From positions 1 to 56,591 of the forward strand of contig CAZWFX010000007.1 of assembly GCA_964633425.1 (NCBI GenBank): 56,591 bases of DNA. The letters are read 5' to 3'. The notes beneath the pieces are model-generated. The model did no database searches and had not been told where the DNA came from. It saw only the letters and a program-made list of their open reading frames with translations. The stretch comes from an uncultured Candidatus Saccharibacteria bacterium (GTDB taxonomy: Bacteria; Patescibacteriota; Minisyncoccia; Phycocordibacterales; UBA2100). Below, one piece after another: positions 44,825 to 55,258 of the stretch (position 1 is the stretch's first letter; every line of letters begins with the position of its first letter). The position numbers and the translations under genes are program-made.

Positions 44825-46180
44825 ATGGAACGAACATTGATTACGGATCTTAGTGCACGAACCGGAGAAACCGTACGTATTAAAGGCCGGGTATCCGTCA
44901 GGCGCGACCAGGGCAAGATGGTCTTTTTTGATTTCCGCGACCGTTCAGGAACCGTTCAGGGAGTGGTGTTGCCCAACTCCGGCGCAATCGATACGGCAAA
45001 AGACGTCCGTGTAGAGTATGTGGTCGCCGTCGAAGGGAAAGTGAATCAGCGACCGGAAAGAAATCGCAACGCGAAAGTTCAGAATGGCGACATCGAGCTT
45101 GAGGTACTGGCACTCACCGTGCTCGCCGAAGCGCAACCGCTGCCGTTCGACATGTCTGACACGGGATACAATGTCGACCTGACGACAGAGCTCGATCACC
45201 GTGCGCTTACTATGCGCCACCCGAAACTGCAGGCGATTTTCAAGGTCCAGGCCGTCATCATCGATTCGTTCCGAGAATACATGAAGCAGCAGGATTTCTT
45301 TGAATTCCAGGCGCCGTCGATTGTACCGGCAACTGCGGAAGGCGGTGCGGAAGTGTTTCAAGTGCAGTATTTTGATAAACAGGCATATCTGTCGCAGTCG
45401 CCGCAGCTCTATAAGCAGATCGTCATGACCGCATTCGAGCGCGTATTCTCCGTAAACAAAATATTCCGGGCCGAGCCGTCGTCGACAACCCGCCACTTAA
45501 CCGAAGTCGTCTCGCTCGACGCAGAAATGGGATTCATTGATTCGTGGAGGGATGTCCGCGATATGTCGGAGGGAACTGTCCGCTTCATCCTGCAGCAGGT
45601 CGGTGAGAGATGTGCGCGCGAGCTCGAATATCTTGGTGCAACACTGCCTGTCATGCTCGATGCAACGCCAACGCTCACACTTAAGGAGGCGCAGGAAAAG
45701 ATCCACGCTAAGACAGGTCGTGATGTTCGCGGCGAAAAGGACCTCAACCCCGAGGATGAGCGACAACTCTGCGAGATGATCAAAGAGGAAACGGGCTCGG
45801 ACTTTGTGTATGTATACGGGTACCCGACGCGCCAGCGTCCGTTCTACGTCTTTCCCAGCGAGGCTGACCCGGAAGTGAACGAGGGCATGGATCTCTTGTG
45901 TCGCGGTGTCGAGTGGCTCTCCGGCGGGCGACGCATCCACGACTTTAAGCAGTTGATGGAGCATGTTGCCGTCTGGGGTATGGACGAAAAGAAGATCGAA
46001 ATGTTCTTAGAGGCGTTTCGCTACGGAGTTCCTCCGGAAGGAGGCTTTGCGTTCGGCGCTGAGCGCATGACGATGCAGATATTGGGGCTGAAAAACATCC
46101 GCGAAGCCACAATGTTCCCGCGCGATATGAATCGTATCGACGGCAGACTAAACGAGGAGAACCACACCGACGCATCATGA
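44825..46180 (+). CDS. aspS: Aspartate--tRNA ligase, archaeal/eukaryotic-type class IIb (possibly non-discriminating)
   Basis: OB-fold N-domain, motif 2 FRAEPSSTTRHLTE, motif 3 GGFAFGAERMTM, 451 aa. Confidence 0.9.
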   Translation: MERTLITDLSARTGETVRIKGRVSVRRDQGKMVFFDFRDRSGTVQGVVLPNSGAIDTAKDVRVEYVVAVEGKVNQRPERNRNAKVQNGDIELEVLALTVLAEAQPLPFDMSDTGYNVDLTTELDHRALTMRHPKLQAIFKVQAVIIDSFREYMKQQDFFEFQAPSIVPATAEGGAEVFQVQYFDKQAYLSQSPQLYKQIVMTAFERVFSVNKIFRAEPSSTTRHLTEVVSLDAEMGFIDSWRDVRDMSEGTVRFILQQVGERCARELEYLGATLPVMLDATPTLTLKEAQEKIHAKTGRDVRGEKDLNPEDERQLCEMIKEETGSDFVYVYGYPTRQRPFYVFPSEADPEVNEGMDLLCRGVEWLSGGRRIHDFKQLMEHVAVWGMDEKKIEMFLEAFRYGVPPEGGFAFGAERMTMQILGLKNIREATMFPRDMNRIDGRLNEENHTDAS

Positions 46181-46929
46181 GTGAAAGTGAGCAGGTCGTG
46201 CACGCAGACCGCTTCAGTCTTGCGACTGAAGCGTTTCAGGGACCGCTCGAAGCTTTGTTGGATCTCATCGAAGCCCGCAAACTTTCGATATCCGAAGTGT
46301 CTCTCGCCGATGTAACCGACGCATATCTTGCGTACGTGGAGCGGCTGCCTGAACTCCCGCTCGGAGAAACCGCACAATTCATTCTCGTGGCATCAACGCT
46401 GCTGCTTATCAAGTCTCGATCCCTATTACCGACACTATCCCTGACCGAAGAAGAGCGGGAGTCCGTCGACGAACTGGAGCGGCGACTCGCGCGCTACGCG
46501 ATCATCCGTAAGGCAGCGCGGGCACTCCGCAAGCAGTGGGGAGTACGACCGTATCGATTCGTAAAGCGTGCACCGCTTAGACCGCCTGTATTCAATCCCG
46601 CCGAGGCGTCCGTTCCGGCTGCGGCATCTGTACTCTCACGACTCATCTCTTTGTTTCCGAAGCCCGAAGCACTTACTGAGGCAGCTGTCGCCCCGGTCCT
46701 CGCTCTCGAAGATGTGATCGTCAGTCTCAAGAAACGACTCACACACGCATTCAAAGCACGCTTTTCGGAGCTGACCAAAGAGAAGGACCGGCACGAAGTC
46801 GTTGTCTATTTTTTGGCAATGCTTGAACTTGTACGACACGGCAACGCATCCGTGACGCAAGATAAATTGTTCGGAGATATCATGATCGAGTCAGAGGATG
46901 TCGGAGGCGCGCCGCGATACGGCGTATAA
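46177..46929 (+). CDS. scpA: Segregation and condensation protein A
   Basis: FQGPLEALLDLIEARKLSISEVSLADVTDAYLAYV. ATGA overlap with aspS. Confidence 0.9.
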   Translation: MSESEQVVHADRFSLATEAFQGPLEALLDLIEARKLSISEVSLADVTDAYLAYVERLPELPLGETAQFILVASTLLLIKSRSLLPTLSLTEEERESVDELERRLARYAIIRKAARALRKQWGVRPYRFVKRAPLRPPVFNPAEASVPAAASVLSRLISLFPKPEALTEAAVAPVLALEDVIVSLKKRLTHAFKARFSELTKEKDRHEVVVYFLAMLELVRHGNASVTQDKLFGDIMIESEDVGGAPRYGV

Positions 46930-46936
46930 TAGATCT

Positions 46937-47527
46937 ATGTCGGACACACTGCCGCTTTCAGATCGCGTAGAAGCACTCCTGTTTACCGAGGGAGGTTCGC
47001 TATCGTTTAAAAAGCTTGTGCAGCAACTCAATTGCACCGAGGATGAGCTCGCAGCGGCCGTCTCGGAGCTTACGCATAAGCGCGCATCGAGCGGCATCGC
47101 AGTTGTCCGCACGGATACCGAAGTTGCGCTTACGATTGCTCCGGCCGCAGCAGAGACCATCGAGAAAGCGTTTGAACGCGAAATAGGGAAGGAGGTAGGC
47201 GATGCAGGGCTTGAGGTAATCGCAATCGTACTCTACCGGGGTCCCTCGACACGTTCGCAAATCGATTACATCCGCGGCGTAAACACGTCGTCGACGATCA
47301 GAAATTTGGCTGCGCGCGGCCTCTTGGAACGTATACCAAACCCTACCGACGCACGAGAATACCTGTATCGGCCGACGACAGAACTTATCGCATACCTGGG
47401 AGTCACGGAGGCGACAAACCTCCCGGATTATGTTAAAATAACGAACGAATTAGCCGCTTTTGAGGCCCAGCAACGCAGCCCGTTTGATACACCAGATGCC
47501 GAACCAGGAGACGCCCAGCCGGAATGA
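46937..47527 (+). CDS. scpB: Segregation and condensation protein B
   Basis: VEALLFTEGGSLSFKKL...LEVIAIVLYRGPSTRSQIDYIRGVN. Confidence 0.9.
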   Translation: MSDTLPLSDRVEALLFTEGGSLSFKKLVQQLNCTEDELAAAVSELTHKRASSGIAVVRTDTEVALTIAPAAAETIEKAFEREIGKEVGDAGLEVIAIVLYRGPSTRSQIDYIRGVNTSSTIRNLAARGLLERIPNPTDAREYLYRPTTELIAYLGVTEATNLPDYVKITNELAAFEAQQRSPFDTPDAEPGDAQPE

Positions 47528-48464
47528 GCCTTCCGCACACACGCTGACCCGTTACGGTCTGACCCTCCTCTGCCTCCTCGCAGCGGCCGCTTTTTTTATT
47601 GTGTACGGGTATCTCGACGCGATGCAGCAGCAACCGGTTGAGCAACAGGCGGCGGCGGTCGTAAAAGCGGACCTGTTCCAGGGAGTATCTATTGCCGCGA
47701 AATCAGCGGTCGTCATCGACCTCACAACGGGCGAGACGTTGTATGAAAAGAACGCCGACGCACAGCTGCCGCTCGCGTCGCTTACCAAAGTGCCACTTGC
47801 TGTTGTGGTTGCGGAATCGATGTCTAAAGACGAGCGCGTAACAATCCCGTTCGACACGAATTGGAATTCAAAGGCACAGCAATTGCATCAGGGCGAAGTA
47901 CTCAGGCTTCAGGATCTCATCGATTACACACTGATCGCATCGTCCAACGACGGCGCCGAAATGCTTGGCGCGGTGGCAGAGCCGGCGGTCAACCAGAAAT
48001 ACCCGCAAGCCCCGATGGGCGGCGCAACGCTCTGGCGTATGAACAACCTCGTTTCTGAGCTCGGACTTTCCCATACGTATTTCTTGAATGTAAGCGGTCT
48101 TGACGAGAGCACGACTCAATCAGGCGCATATGGAAGTGCGCGTGATGTCGCCAAGATCTTTGCGTACGCCGCATCGTCGTATCCAGATACGTTTGCAGGA
48201 ACTACGCACGACGGAGCACTGGTGTATGCGAGCGACGGAACAGCGGCGTCGGTTACGAATACCAACGAGCTGCTCGGGCAGTTGCCGGGACTGATTCTCG
48301 GAAAGACCGGGTTCACTGATCTTGCCGGAGGGAATCTCGCAGTTGTATTTGATGTCGGGCTCGCTCATCCGGTCGCAGCAGTCGTTATGGGCTCTACCGA
48401 GCACGCTCGATTTTCTGATATGAAGATTCTCGTCGACCGCGCGCGAGCGTCGGTCATGCAGTAA
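47496..48464 (+). CDS. D-alanyl-D-alanine carboxypeptidase (serine-type, S11/PBP5-like)
   Basis: SxxK (ASLTK), SxN (SSND), KTG (GKTGFT), N-terminal TM anchor. Start is uncertain (ATG 47496 or TTG 47460) and overlaps the scpB 3' end. Confidence 0.88.
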   Translation: MPNQETPSRNEPSAHTLTRYGLTLLCLLAAAAFFIVYGYLDAMQQQPVEQQAAAVVKADLFQGVSIAAKSAVVIDLTTGETLYEKNADAQLPLASLTKVPLAVVVAESMSKDERVTIPFDTNWNSKAQQLHQGEVLRLQDLIDYTLIASSNDGAEMLGAVAEPAVNQKYPQAPMGGATLWRMNNLVSELGLSHTYFLNVSGLDESTTQSGAYGSARDVAKIFAYAASSYPDTFAGTTHDGALVYASDGTAASVTNTNELLGQLPGLILGKTGFTDLAGGNLAVVFDVGLAHPVAAVVMGSTEHARFSDMKILVDRARASVMQ

Positions 48465-48468
48465 CTCT

Positions 48469-49548
48469 ATGGCCGCATCTCTCACCGACATGATCCGAGT
48501 GCTCGTGCCTGCGGCCGTCGCATTCTCGATCGGCATCCTTTGCACGCCGGTTCTGACGCACTATTTATACGAATACAAGGCGTGGAAGAAAAAGCCGGGG
48601 AAGCTGTCACTCGACGGCACTAAAGCTGAAGAGTTCAACAGATTGCACGAGAAGCACGAGGTTCGAGCCCCGCGAATGGGAGGAATCGTTATTTGGGGCA
48701 GTGTGGTTATAACGGCGGTGACAATCTCGATCGCAGCGCACATCGTGCCTGATGCCGGCGTGCTCAAGCTTGATTTCTTGAGCCGCAGCCAAACATGGAT
48801 CCCGCTCGCCGTTCTCGTGATCGGTTCACTCGTCGGCCTGCTCGACGACTTGTTGGTCATTCAGCCGGAAGGGCAGGGACTGCCGCTGCGTGCGCGACTG
48901 ATCGTCGTAATTTTGCTTTCTGCATTCATCGGGTGGTGGTTCTGGGCAAAGCTCGACATAACCATGATCAACATTCCGTTTTCCGACCCGCTTACGATCG
49001 GATGGCTGATTGTGCCGTTCTTTGTCCTGATGTCGCTTGCCCTGTATGCCTCGGGGGTCATCGACGGTATAGACGGCTTGTCCGGAGGGGTATTTGCATC
49101 AATTTTTGCGTCCTACACGATCATTGCCTTCGCGCAGAGTCAGATCAATCTTGCAGCGTTCTCCGCAGCAATCATGGGAGGGCTGCTTGCTTTCTTGTGG
49201 TACAACATTCCTCCCGCGCGTTTTTATATGTCGGATACCGGCACGATGGGGCTCACGCTGACGATCGGCACACTCGCGTTCATGACCGACAGTCTCGGCG
49301 GAGGTGTAGGGATTTCAGTGCTTCCGATCATCGGTATGCTGCTTGTGCTTACGGTCATGTCCGATATTTTGCAGGTTCTCTCGAAGCGATTTTTCGGACG
49401 TAAGCTGTTCCGTGTAGCCCCGCTTCATCATCATTTTGAAGCGATCGGCTGGCCGGGATACAAGGTTGTTATGCGGTACTGGGTTCTGTCCGTTGTGTTC
49501 GCGGTTGCAGGCGTGATCATCGCGCTTGCCTCTATTTCGGTTCTGTAG
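48469..49548 (+). CDS. mraY: Phospho-N-acetylmuramoyl-pentapeptide transferase
   Basis: Polytopic membrane protein with DDLLVI, IDGIDGL, FYMSDTG and APLHHHFE motifs. Confidence 0.95.
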   Translation: MAASLTDMIRVLVPAAVAFSIGILCTPVLTHYLYEYKAWKKKPGKLSLDGTKAEEFNRLHEKHEVRAPRMGGIVIWGSVVITAVTISIAAHIVPDAGVLKLDFLSRSQTWIPLAVLVIGSLVGLLDDLLVIQPEGQGLPLRARLIVVILLSAFIGWWFWAKLDITMINIPFSDPLTIGWLIVPFFVLMSLALYASGVIDGIDGLSGGVFASIFASYTIIAFAQSQINLAAFSAAIMGGLLAFLWYNIPPARFYMSDTGTMGLTLTIGTLAFMTDSLGGGVGISVLPIIGMLLVLTVMSDILQVLSKRFFGRKLFRVAPLHHHFEAIGWPGYKVVMRYWVLSVVFAVAGVIIALASISVL

Positions 49549-49615
49549 CGGCCCGACAGAACCGCACAGAATCGCGCCGCAGCACGGCAGGGGTGCGATG
49601 GTACAATTTGTATTC

Positions 49616-50725
49616 ATGTCGCGCAGTTCCTCCCGCATAGATCGGCCGTTGATCATCATCCTCGCCATCCTTATTTTCGGTGGCTGTCTGATTTTTGCTT
49701 CTGCAGCATTCGGTCTGTTGGCTCGCGGTGCCACACACACGTCCTCGGTTGTTTTCAATCATCTTGCCCTCGGCGTCGGACTCGGCCTCGTCGCCCTGGT
49801 CGCGTGCACGGTCATTGATGTCCGCCTGTGGCGACGATACGCTCCATATATTTTCGGACTCGCGCTCCTTGCGACCACTCTGGTGTTCATACCGGGCCTC
49901 GGGGCAGAGCACGGCGGTGGAAAGCGCTGGATCATACTGTTCGGCACCTCTTTTCAACCGTCTGAACTCTTAAAAGTCGCGACCGTCATTATTGCCGCTG
50001 CATACTTTGCGACCATACGATTCAAAGTATCGACTATTACGTACGGTCTCGGGGGTTTTCTCGCTATCATTGCCGCCCCTGCACTTCTTTTGTTGCTGCA
50101 GCCCGACATGGGAACACTCGGCATTATTGTGATCGGAGCGTTCTCTGTATATGTGGCTGCGGGCGCCACGTGGCGCGATATCGCACTCGTGATCCTGATC
50201 GGACTGCTGTCGCTTTCGGTTCTTGCAATCGCGCGTCCGTACGTGCGAGAGCGTGTCATGACCTTTTTTGACCCGTCGCAGGGTCAGCACGACCAGGCAT
50301 ACCAGATTAAGCAGTCATTGATAGCTGTGGGCTCCGGCGGTTTTCGCGGACGCGGGTTCGGACAGGGTATCCAAAAGTTCACGTATCTCCCTGAGCCTAT
50401 GGGTGATTCCATATTTGCGGTGGCTGCCGAGGAACTCGGATTCATCGGCTCAGTTGTTATCGTCGTATTGTTTGTATCGTTTGCCCTACGCGGTCTTATT
50501 GTCTCGGCTCGCGCATCTGACCCGTTCACCGCATATTTAGGTATCGGGCTTGTTTCGTATCTTGCAGCTGAGGCATTTATCAATATCGCCTCAATGCTGG
50601 GTATGGCACCGCTTACCGGCGTTCCGCTCACATTCGTAAGCCAGGGCGGATCGGCCATGCTCGTCTCGCTTGCGAGCGCCGGCATCCTGCTTGCGGTTTC
50701 TAGGCAGAAAGGTCGCATCCAATAG
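49616..50725 (+). CDS. ftsW: FtsW/RodA/SpoVE-family peptidoglycan glycosyltransferase
   Basis: SEDS family signature (QPSELLK...LLQPDMGT...PEPMGDSIFA...FVSQGGSAM). Start chosen 8 nt after TGgTACAAT. Confidence 0.9.
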   Translation: MSRSSSRIDRPLIIILAILIFGGCLIFASAAFGLLARGATHTSSVVFNHLALGVGLGLVALVACTVIDVRLWRRYAPYIFGLALLATTLVFIPGLGAEHGGGKRWIILFGTSFQPSELLKVATVIIAAAYFATIRFKVSTITYGLGGFLAIIAAPALLLLLQPDMGTLGIIVIGAFSVYVAAGATWRDIALVILIGLLSLSVLAIARPYVRERVMTFFDPSQGQHDQAYQIKQSLIAVGSGGFRGRGFGQGIQKFTYLPEPMGDSIFAVAAEELGFIGSVVIVVLFVSFALRGLIVSARASDPFTAYLGIGLVSYLAAEAFINIASMLGMAPLTGVPLTFVSQGGSAMLVSLASAGILLAVSRQKGRIQ

Positions 50726-50786
50726 CTTCAACCGCGGTCCCCATAGGGCTCTAAAGAGCCATAAAACGTGGTAAAATCACGCCAAT

Positions 50787-51923
50787 ATGCGCATTGTGCT
50801 GGTCGGCGGGGGGACAGGCGGGCATTTTTACCCGCTCATCGCGATTTCGCAGGGGATCGAAGAGATCTGCCGTGAAAGAACACTCCTTGAACCGGAGCTC
50901 TATTACCTGGGTCCTGCACCGTTCGATGCGCAGGCGCTCCTCGAGCGCGACATCATTCACGTACCATCGCCCGCGGGAAAAATGCACCGGCACAAGCTGA
51001 ACATTTTCGGTTTCGTGAGCACGTTCATCGGCATCATTAAATCGATGTTCCTGTTGTACGATCTGTACCCGGACGTGATCTTTTCGACCGGCGGATACGC
51101 AGCGTTTCCGACTCTGTACGCGGCTCGACTGCTCGCAATCCCGGTTGTCATATATGACGCCGACGCAACACCCGGCCGCGTCACACTGTGGTCTGCAAAG
51201 TTTGCGCGATGGATCGGTACCGCGCACCCGGAAGCCGCGACACATTTCCCGGAGAAAGTGCGGCACAAAATTGCACGCGTCGGTCATCCCATCCGACTCG
51301 AGATCGAGCATCCTGCAAAAGAGGGCGGGTACGAGTTCTTACACCTGGACCCCGGGGCGCCCGCATTATTCGTAATGGGCGGCTCTCAGGGTGCGCAGGC
51401 GATCAACAACGTGGTACTCGACGCGGCCAAGGACCTTGTGACGCGCTACAACGTCATTCATCAGGCGGGCACAGCAAACGTAAAAGAAGTCGACGGTGTT
51501 TCGAGGCTCATACTCAAGGGATCAGCGAACGAGGAGCGCTATCGCGCATTTGGGCTCTTGAACACGCTTGCAATCCGCATGGCGGCCGGTATTTCGTCGC
51601 TGATCATCTCGCGCGCCGGCTCCGGCACGATTTTCGAGATCGCTTCGTGGGGAATCCCGGCAATCCTCATCCCGATTCCCGAGGACGTTTCGCACGATCA
51701 AACCGAAAACGCATTTTCGTATGCACGTGCGGGTGCGGCAGTCGTTATTGAACAGCGCAATTTAACTCAGCATGTGCTCATTTCCGAGATCGACCGCCTT
51801 ATGAGCGACCCTGAGCAACGCGCGCGAATGTCGGAAGCTGCGAAGGAGTATTCTCGCCCGCAGGCAGCAAAAAAGATCGCCAACATATTACTGGAGACCG
51901 CACTTGAACACGAATCACTATGA
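50787..51923 (+). CDS. murG: UDP-N-acetylglucosamine--LPS/lipid I N-acetylglucosamine transferase MurG
   Basis: GGGTGGHFYPLIAI, GGSQGA, RAGSGTIFE. Confidence 0.93.
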   Translation: MRIVLVGGGTGGHFYPLIAISQGIEEICRERTLLEPELYYLGPAPFDAQALLERDIIHVPSPAGKMHRHKLNIFGFVSTFIGIIKSMFLLYDLYPDVIFSTGGYAAFPTLYAARLLAIPVVIYDADATPGRVTLWSAKFARWIGTAHPEAATHFPEKVRHKIARVGHPIRLEIEHPAKEGGYEFLHLDPGAPALFVMGGSQGAQAINNVVLDAAKDLVTRYNVIHQAGTANVKEVDGVSRLILKGSANEERYRAFGLLNTLAIRMAAGISSLIISRAGSGTIFEIASWGIPAILIPIPEDVSHDQTENAFSYARAGAAVVIEQRNLTQHVLISEIDRLMSDPEQRARMSEAAKEYSRPQAAKKIANILLETALEHESL

Positions 51924-53275
51924 CCGATACCCAGAACTGCAAAGTACGTTTTCCCCCGAGCCCGACAGGCTTTTGCCATGTAGGTACTGCCCGAATGGCG
52001 GTATTAAATTTTATGTTTGCCCGCAAGAACGGGGGCACGATCGTTTTTCGCAGTGAGGATACCGATCGAGAGCGGTCGAAAGACGAGTTCGAGGAGGACA
52101 TCAAGGAGCAACTGACGTGGCTTGGTCTCGGCTGGGATGAATTCGAGCGACAGTCGGCTCGTGTGGAGATTCACACCGAAGCGCTGAAACGACTGGTCGC
52201 AGAGGATAAAGCGTATGTGTCCGAAGAGCCGAGCAAGAATGATCCGAATGTCACGGTACGAGTGATCCGGCTTCGAAATCCGGGAAAGTCGATCACATTC
52301 ACCGATATGATCCGAGGGGACATCACATTTGATACGACGGAACTGAAAGACTTCGTTATCGCTCGCTCCGAGACCGATCCCTTGTACCACTTTGCGGTCG
52401 TTATGGATGACCATGACATGGGCGTGACGCACGTTATCCGCGGCGAAGACCATATTTCAAACACACCGCGACAGATCCTGATTCAAGAGGCACTTGGATT
52501 CAGCCGACCGTTTTACGCACACTATCCGCTTCACCTCGGGGCAGATAAGTCGAAATTATCGAAGCGCACCGGCGACGTCGCGGTAAAAAGCTACCGTGAG
52601 AAAGGCTATTTGCCGGAAGCACTACTGAACTACATCGCCCACTTAGGGTGGACTCCGCCGAGCGGCCGCGAGATTATGTCGCTCGATGAGATGATCGCGG
52701 AGTTCGATATCGGCGACCTCCATAAGAGCGGTGCCGTCTTTGATATGGAGAAGTTACGCTGGTACAACCGCGAATATTTGTTGAGACTCAGCGACGAAGC
52801 CTTTAAGGACGGTGCGTTCGAGACACTTAAGAGCGCACTGTATCTCCGCACTATCGCGTGGGACGAGGAAATAGGGAACAGGGTCCTCCCAATTCTGAAA
52901 GAGCGCATTTCGGTGTGGTCTGACATCGTCGACCAGGTGAACGAGGGTGAGTACGACTACTTTTTTGCAGACCCCGAACCGCACGCAGACTCGATCCCGC
53001 AAAAAGGCGACGACGCCGGGACGGCGCTCAGACACCTGAACTGGGCATATGAAGCACTTCACGCAGCGCCTTCAGAAAGTTTTAACGACGTTTCGCGTCT
53101 AAAGGATGTTATGTGGGACTATGCAACCGCTGAAGGCCGCGGATCCGTATTGTGGCCGCTCCGATTTTCGCTATCCGGTCGTGCAAAATCCCCCGATCCC
53201 TTTACCATCGCGTCACTCATCGGCAAGGATGCAACATTGCGACGCATAGAGCGCGCCCGCGCGCTATTGTCATGA
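51920..53275 (+). CDS. gltX: Glutamate--tRNA ligase
   Basis: RFPPSPTGFCHVGTAR (HIGH), KLSKR (KMSKS). ATGA overlap with murG. Confidence 0.93.
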   Translation: MTDTQNCKVRFPPSPTGFCHVGTARMAVLNFMFARKNGGTIVFRSEDTDRERSKDEFEEDIKEQLTWLGLGWDEFERQSARVEIHTEALKRLVAEDKAYVSEEPSKNDPNVTVRVIRLRNPGKSITFTDMIRGDITFDTTELKDFVIARSETDPLYHFAVVMDDHDMGVTHVIRGEDHISNTPRQILIQEALGFSRPFYAHYPLHLGADKSKLSKRTGDVAVKSYREKGYLPEALLNYIAHLGWTPPSGREIMSLDEMIAEFDIGDLHKSGAVFDMEKLRWYNREYLLRLSDEAFKDGAFETLKSALYLRTIAWDEEIGNRVLPILKERISVWSDIVDQVNEGEYDYFFADPEPHADSIPQKGDDAGTALRHLNWAYEALHAAPSESFNDVSRLKDVMWDYATAEGRGSVLWPLRFSLSGRAKSPDPFTIASLIGKDATLRRIERARALLS

Positions 53276-54549
53276 CGCTGAGGCGGGCGGCTGCCCTGAT
53301 CACACTTGTGAGTCTTTTGCCGTTCCCGCTTTTTGCACAGACGGCAAGTGAACTACAGGCACAGATCGATGATCAAAATGCCCAGATCGCGGCATTGAAC
53401 AAAGAGATCGATCAGTACACAAAAGATCTCGCCAACACGACAAAGCAAAAAAACACGCTGCAGAACAAGGTTGCGCAACTCGACCTGCAGCGCAAGAAGC
53501 TGACCTCGCAGATCAGCGTCACGCAAAAGCAGATCAATACAACCCAGCTGCAGATTCAGCAGTTGGCCTCCGGGATTGAGACCAAAGAGGGTTCAATCGA
53601 AGTAAACCGTGCGGGACTCGCGCAATCAATTCGCCGCCTTTCACAGGCTGAGGATGCACCACTCTCGCTTGCGGTACTTTCGTCGGAGTCACTTACCGAC
53701 ACCTGGCGAGATATAGATGCGCACGCGGTACTCGAAGACGCCGTTCAGAACGACATCAAAACACTGTCGTCGGAAAAGAAACTACTGAGTAACTCAAAGG
53801 CGACGGCCGAGGATAAGAAAAAGGAACTCGACAGTCAGAAGCGCACACTTACTACCCAGCAGGGCTCACTCGACGCGACACGCAAAGCGCAGGCGGAACT
53901 GCTTGCAGAAACGAAGAATCAGGAGTCCAGCTATCAGGCACTCATCGCAAAAAAACGCGCACAGGAGGCATCGTTCGAAGCGTCGCTCCAGGATCTTCAG
54001 GCCAAACTGAACTACACCATCAATCCCGACCAGATTACGCCTGCTGGCAAAGGCGTCTTGCGGTGGCCGGTAGACCAAGTGCGTGTCACACAGACATTTG
54101 GCGATACCGCGTTTGCACGAGGTGGCGCCTACAACGGCAAGGGTCACAATGGCATCGACTTGGCGGCTTCTATTGGTACTCCGCTGAAAGCTGCGCTCTC
54201 TGGTGTCGTTGTCGGCACCGGCAACACCGATACAGTGCGGGGATGCTACTCATTCGGTAAATGGGTGATGGTTAAACACGGCAACGGACTTTCCACCATG
54301 TACGCGCACTTGTCGCAGATCGGTGTAACGACCGGGCAATCTGTTGCCACCGGACAGGTCTTGGGCTATTCCGGCGAGACCGGCTATGCCACCGGTCCGC
54401 ACCTGCATTTTGGCGTCTATGTGTCATCTGCTACGCAAATCATTAACCTCGGCAGCGCAACAAAATCCAAAACAGCGTGCTCGAACGCGATCATGCCCGT
54501 GGTACCTATCTCGGGTTACCTCAACCCGATGGCATATTTGCCGGGGTGA
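53272..54549 (+). CDS. M23 family metallopeptidase with N-terminal coiled coil (EnvC-like)
   Basis: Signal/TM region, long Gln/Lys-rich coiled coil, HNGIDLAA and GPHLHFGVY. ATGA overlap with gltX. Confidence 0.92.
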   Translation: MTLRRAAALITLVSLLPFPLFAQTASELQAQIDDQNAQIAALNKEIDQYTKDLANTTKQKNTLQNKVAQLDLQRKKLTSQISVTQKQINTTQLQIQQLASGIETKEGSIEVNRAGLAQSIRRLSQAEDAPLSLAVLSSESLTDTWRDIDAHAVLEDAVQNDIKTLSSEKKLLSNSKATAEDKKKELDSQKRTLTTQQGSLDATRKAQAELLAETKNQESSYQALIAKKRAQEASFEASLQDLQAKLNYTINPDQITPAGKGVLRWPVDQVRVTQTFGDTAFARGGAYNGKGHNGIDLAASIGTPLKAALSGVVVGTGNTDTVRGCYSFGKWVMVKHGNGLSTMYAHLSQIGVTTGQSVATGQVLGYSGETGYATGPHLHFGVYVSSATQIINLGSATKSKTACSNAIMPVVPISGYLNPMAYLPG

Positions 54550-54553
54550 TAGC

Positions 54554-54590
54554 AAAAAAAATAACCCCGCGACTGAGCACGGGGCTTTGC
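54554..54590. terminator. Hairpin between convergent genes
   Basis: A-run, ccccg...cgggg stem, then T-containing tail. Weak. Confidence 0.45.
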
Positions 54591-54622
54591 CCAGGTCATC
54601 TGGTTCGGGCAGTCATTGCATT

Positions 54623-55258
54623 CTATCGCTTTTTGAACCACTCGACGTGGTCGGCCATTTTGATCTCAATAGCATCGGCTTTTCGAAGCGTACGTATTTG
54701 AGCCGGGGTAACAATGCGGTGATGCGGCGAATCTTCGAGCTCATTTACAAGATCAATGAGATCTTCGGACCCTATAAGCCAGTCCGTACTTTTTTGTTTC
54801 GACAGGTCAAACGGATCAGAATACGCTCGGAGCGTTTTTTTACCGTTCTTCTGCAAAAAATACTCGTGGAAGTAGGAGAGTGCTAATTCCCGAACGGAGC
54901 CATAAATCGGCTCTCGGTAGCGCAAAACTCCGTGATTCGTTTTGGATAGAGCACCCCAGAATTTCCCGGACCTAAACAGAGTGACGACATGATCCTGATC
55001 GGACTTGTCGGCTTGCAGATCTAACAGGAGCGGCCTCTGGCCGTTATACATGAGTGCTGCTGCAGCGAACAAAGCACCTTCAAAGCAATGCGCTGTCTTA
55101 GATTCAATTACGCGACGCACTGACATGTATGTCTCGCCGTCGTATTCGTGATTGAAGGGGAGTGAGTTCAAAAAATCCTGAATTTTTGTAGGGGAGTTGA
55201 GCCGCGTGAAAAGTCGCGACTCCCCTTTGGTGAGCACTTTTTTAAGAGCGAAGCTCAT
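54623..55258 (-). CDS. Transglutaminase-like / papain-fold Cys-His protein (putative)
   Basis: TAHCFEGALFAAAAL (candidate nucleophile Cys), DHVVTLF (His) and WGALSKTN arranged as in transglutaminase-like cores. TACACT lies 6 nt upstream of ATG 55258. Confidence 0.6.
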   Translation of the reverse strand: MSFALKKVLTKGESRLFTRLNSPTKIQDFLNSLPFNHEYDGETYMSVRRVIESKTAHCFEGALFAAAALMYNGQRPLLLDLQADKSDQDHVVTLFRSGKFWGALSKTNHGVLRYREPIYGSVRELALSYFHEYFLQKNGKKTLRAYSDPFDLSKQKSTDWLIGSEDLIDLVNELEDSPHHRIVTPAQIRTLRKADAIEIKMADHVEWFKKR

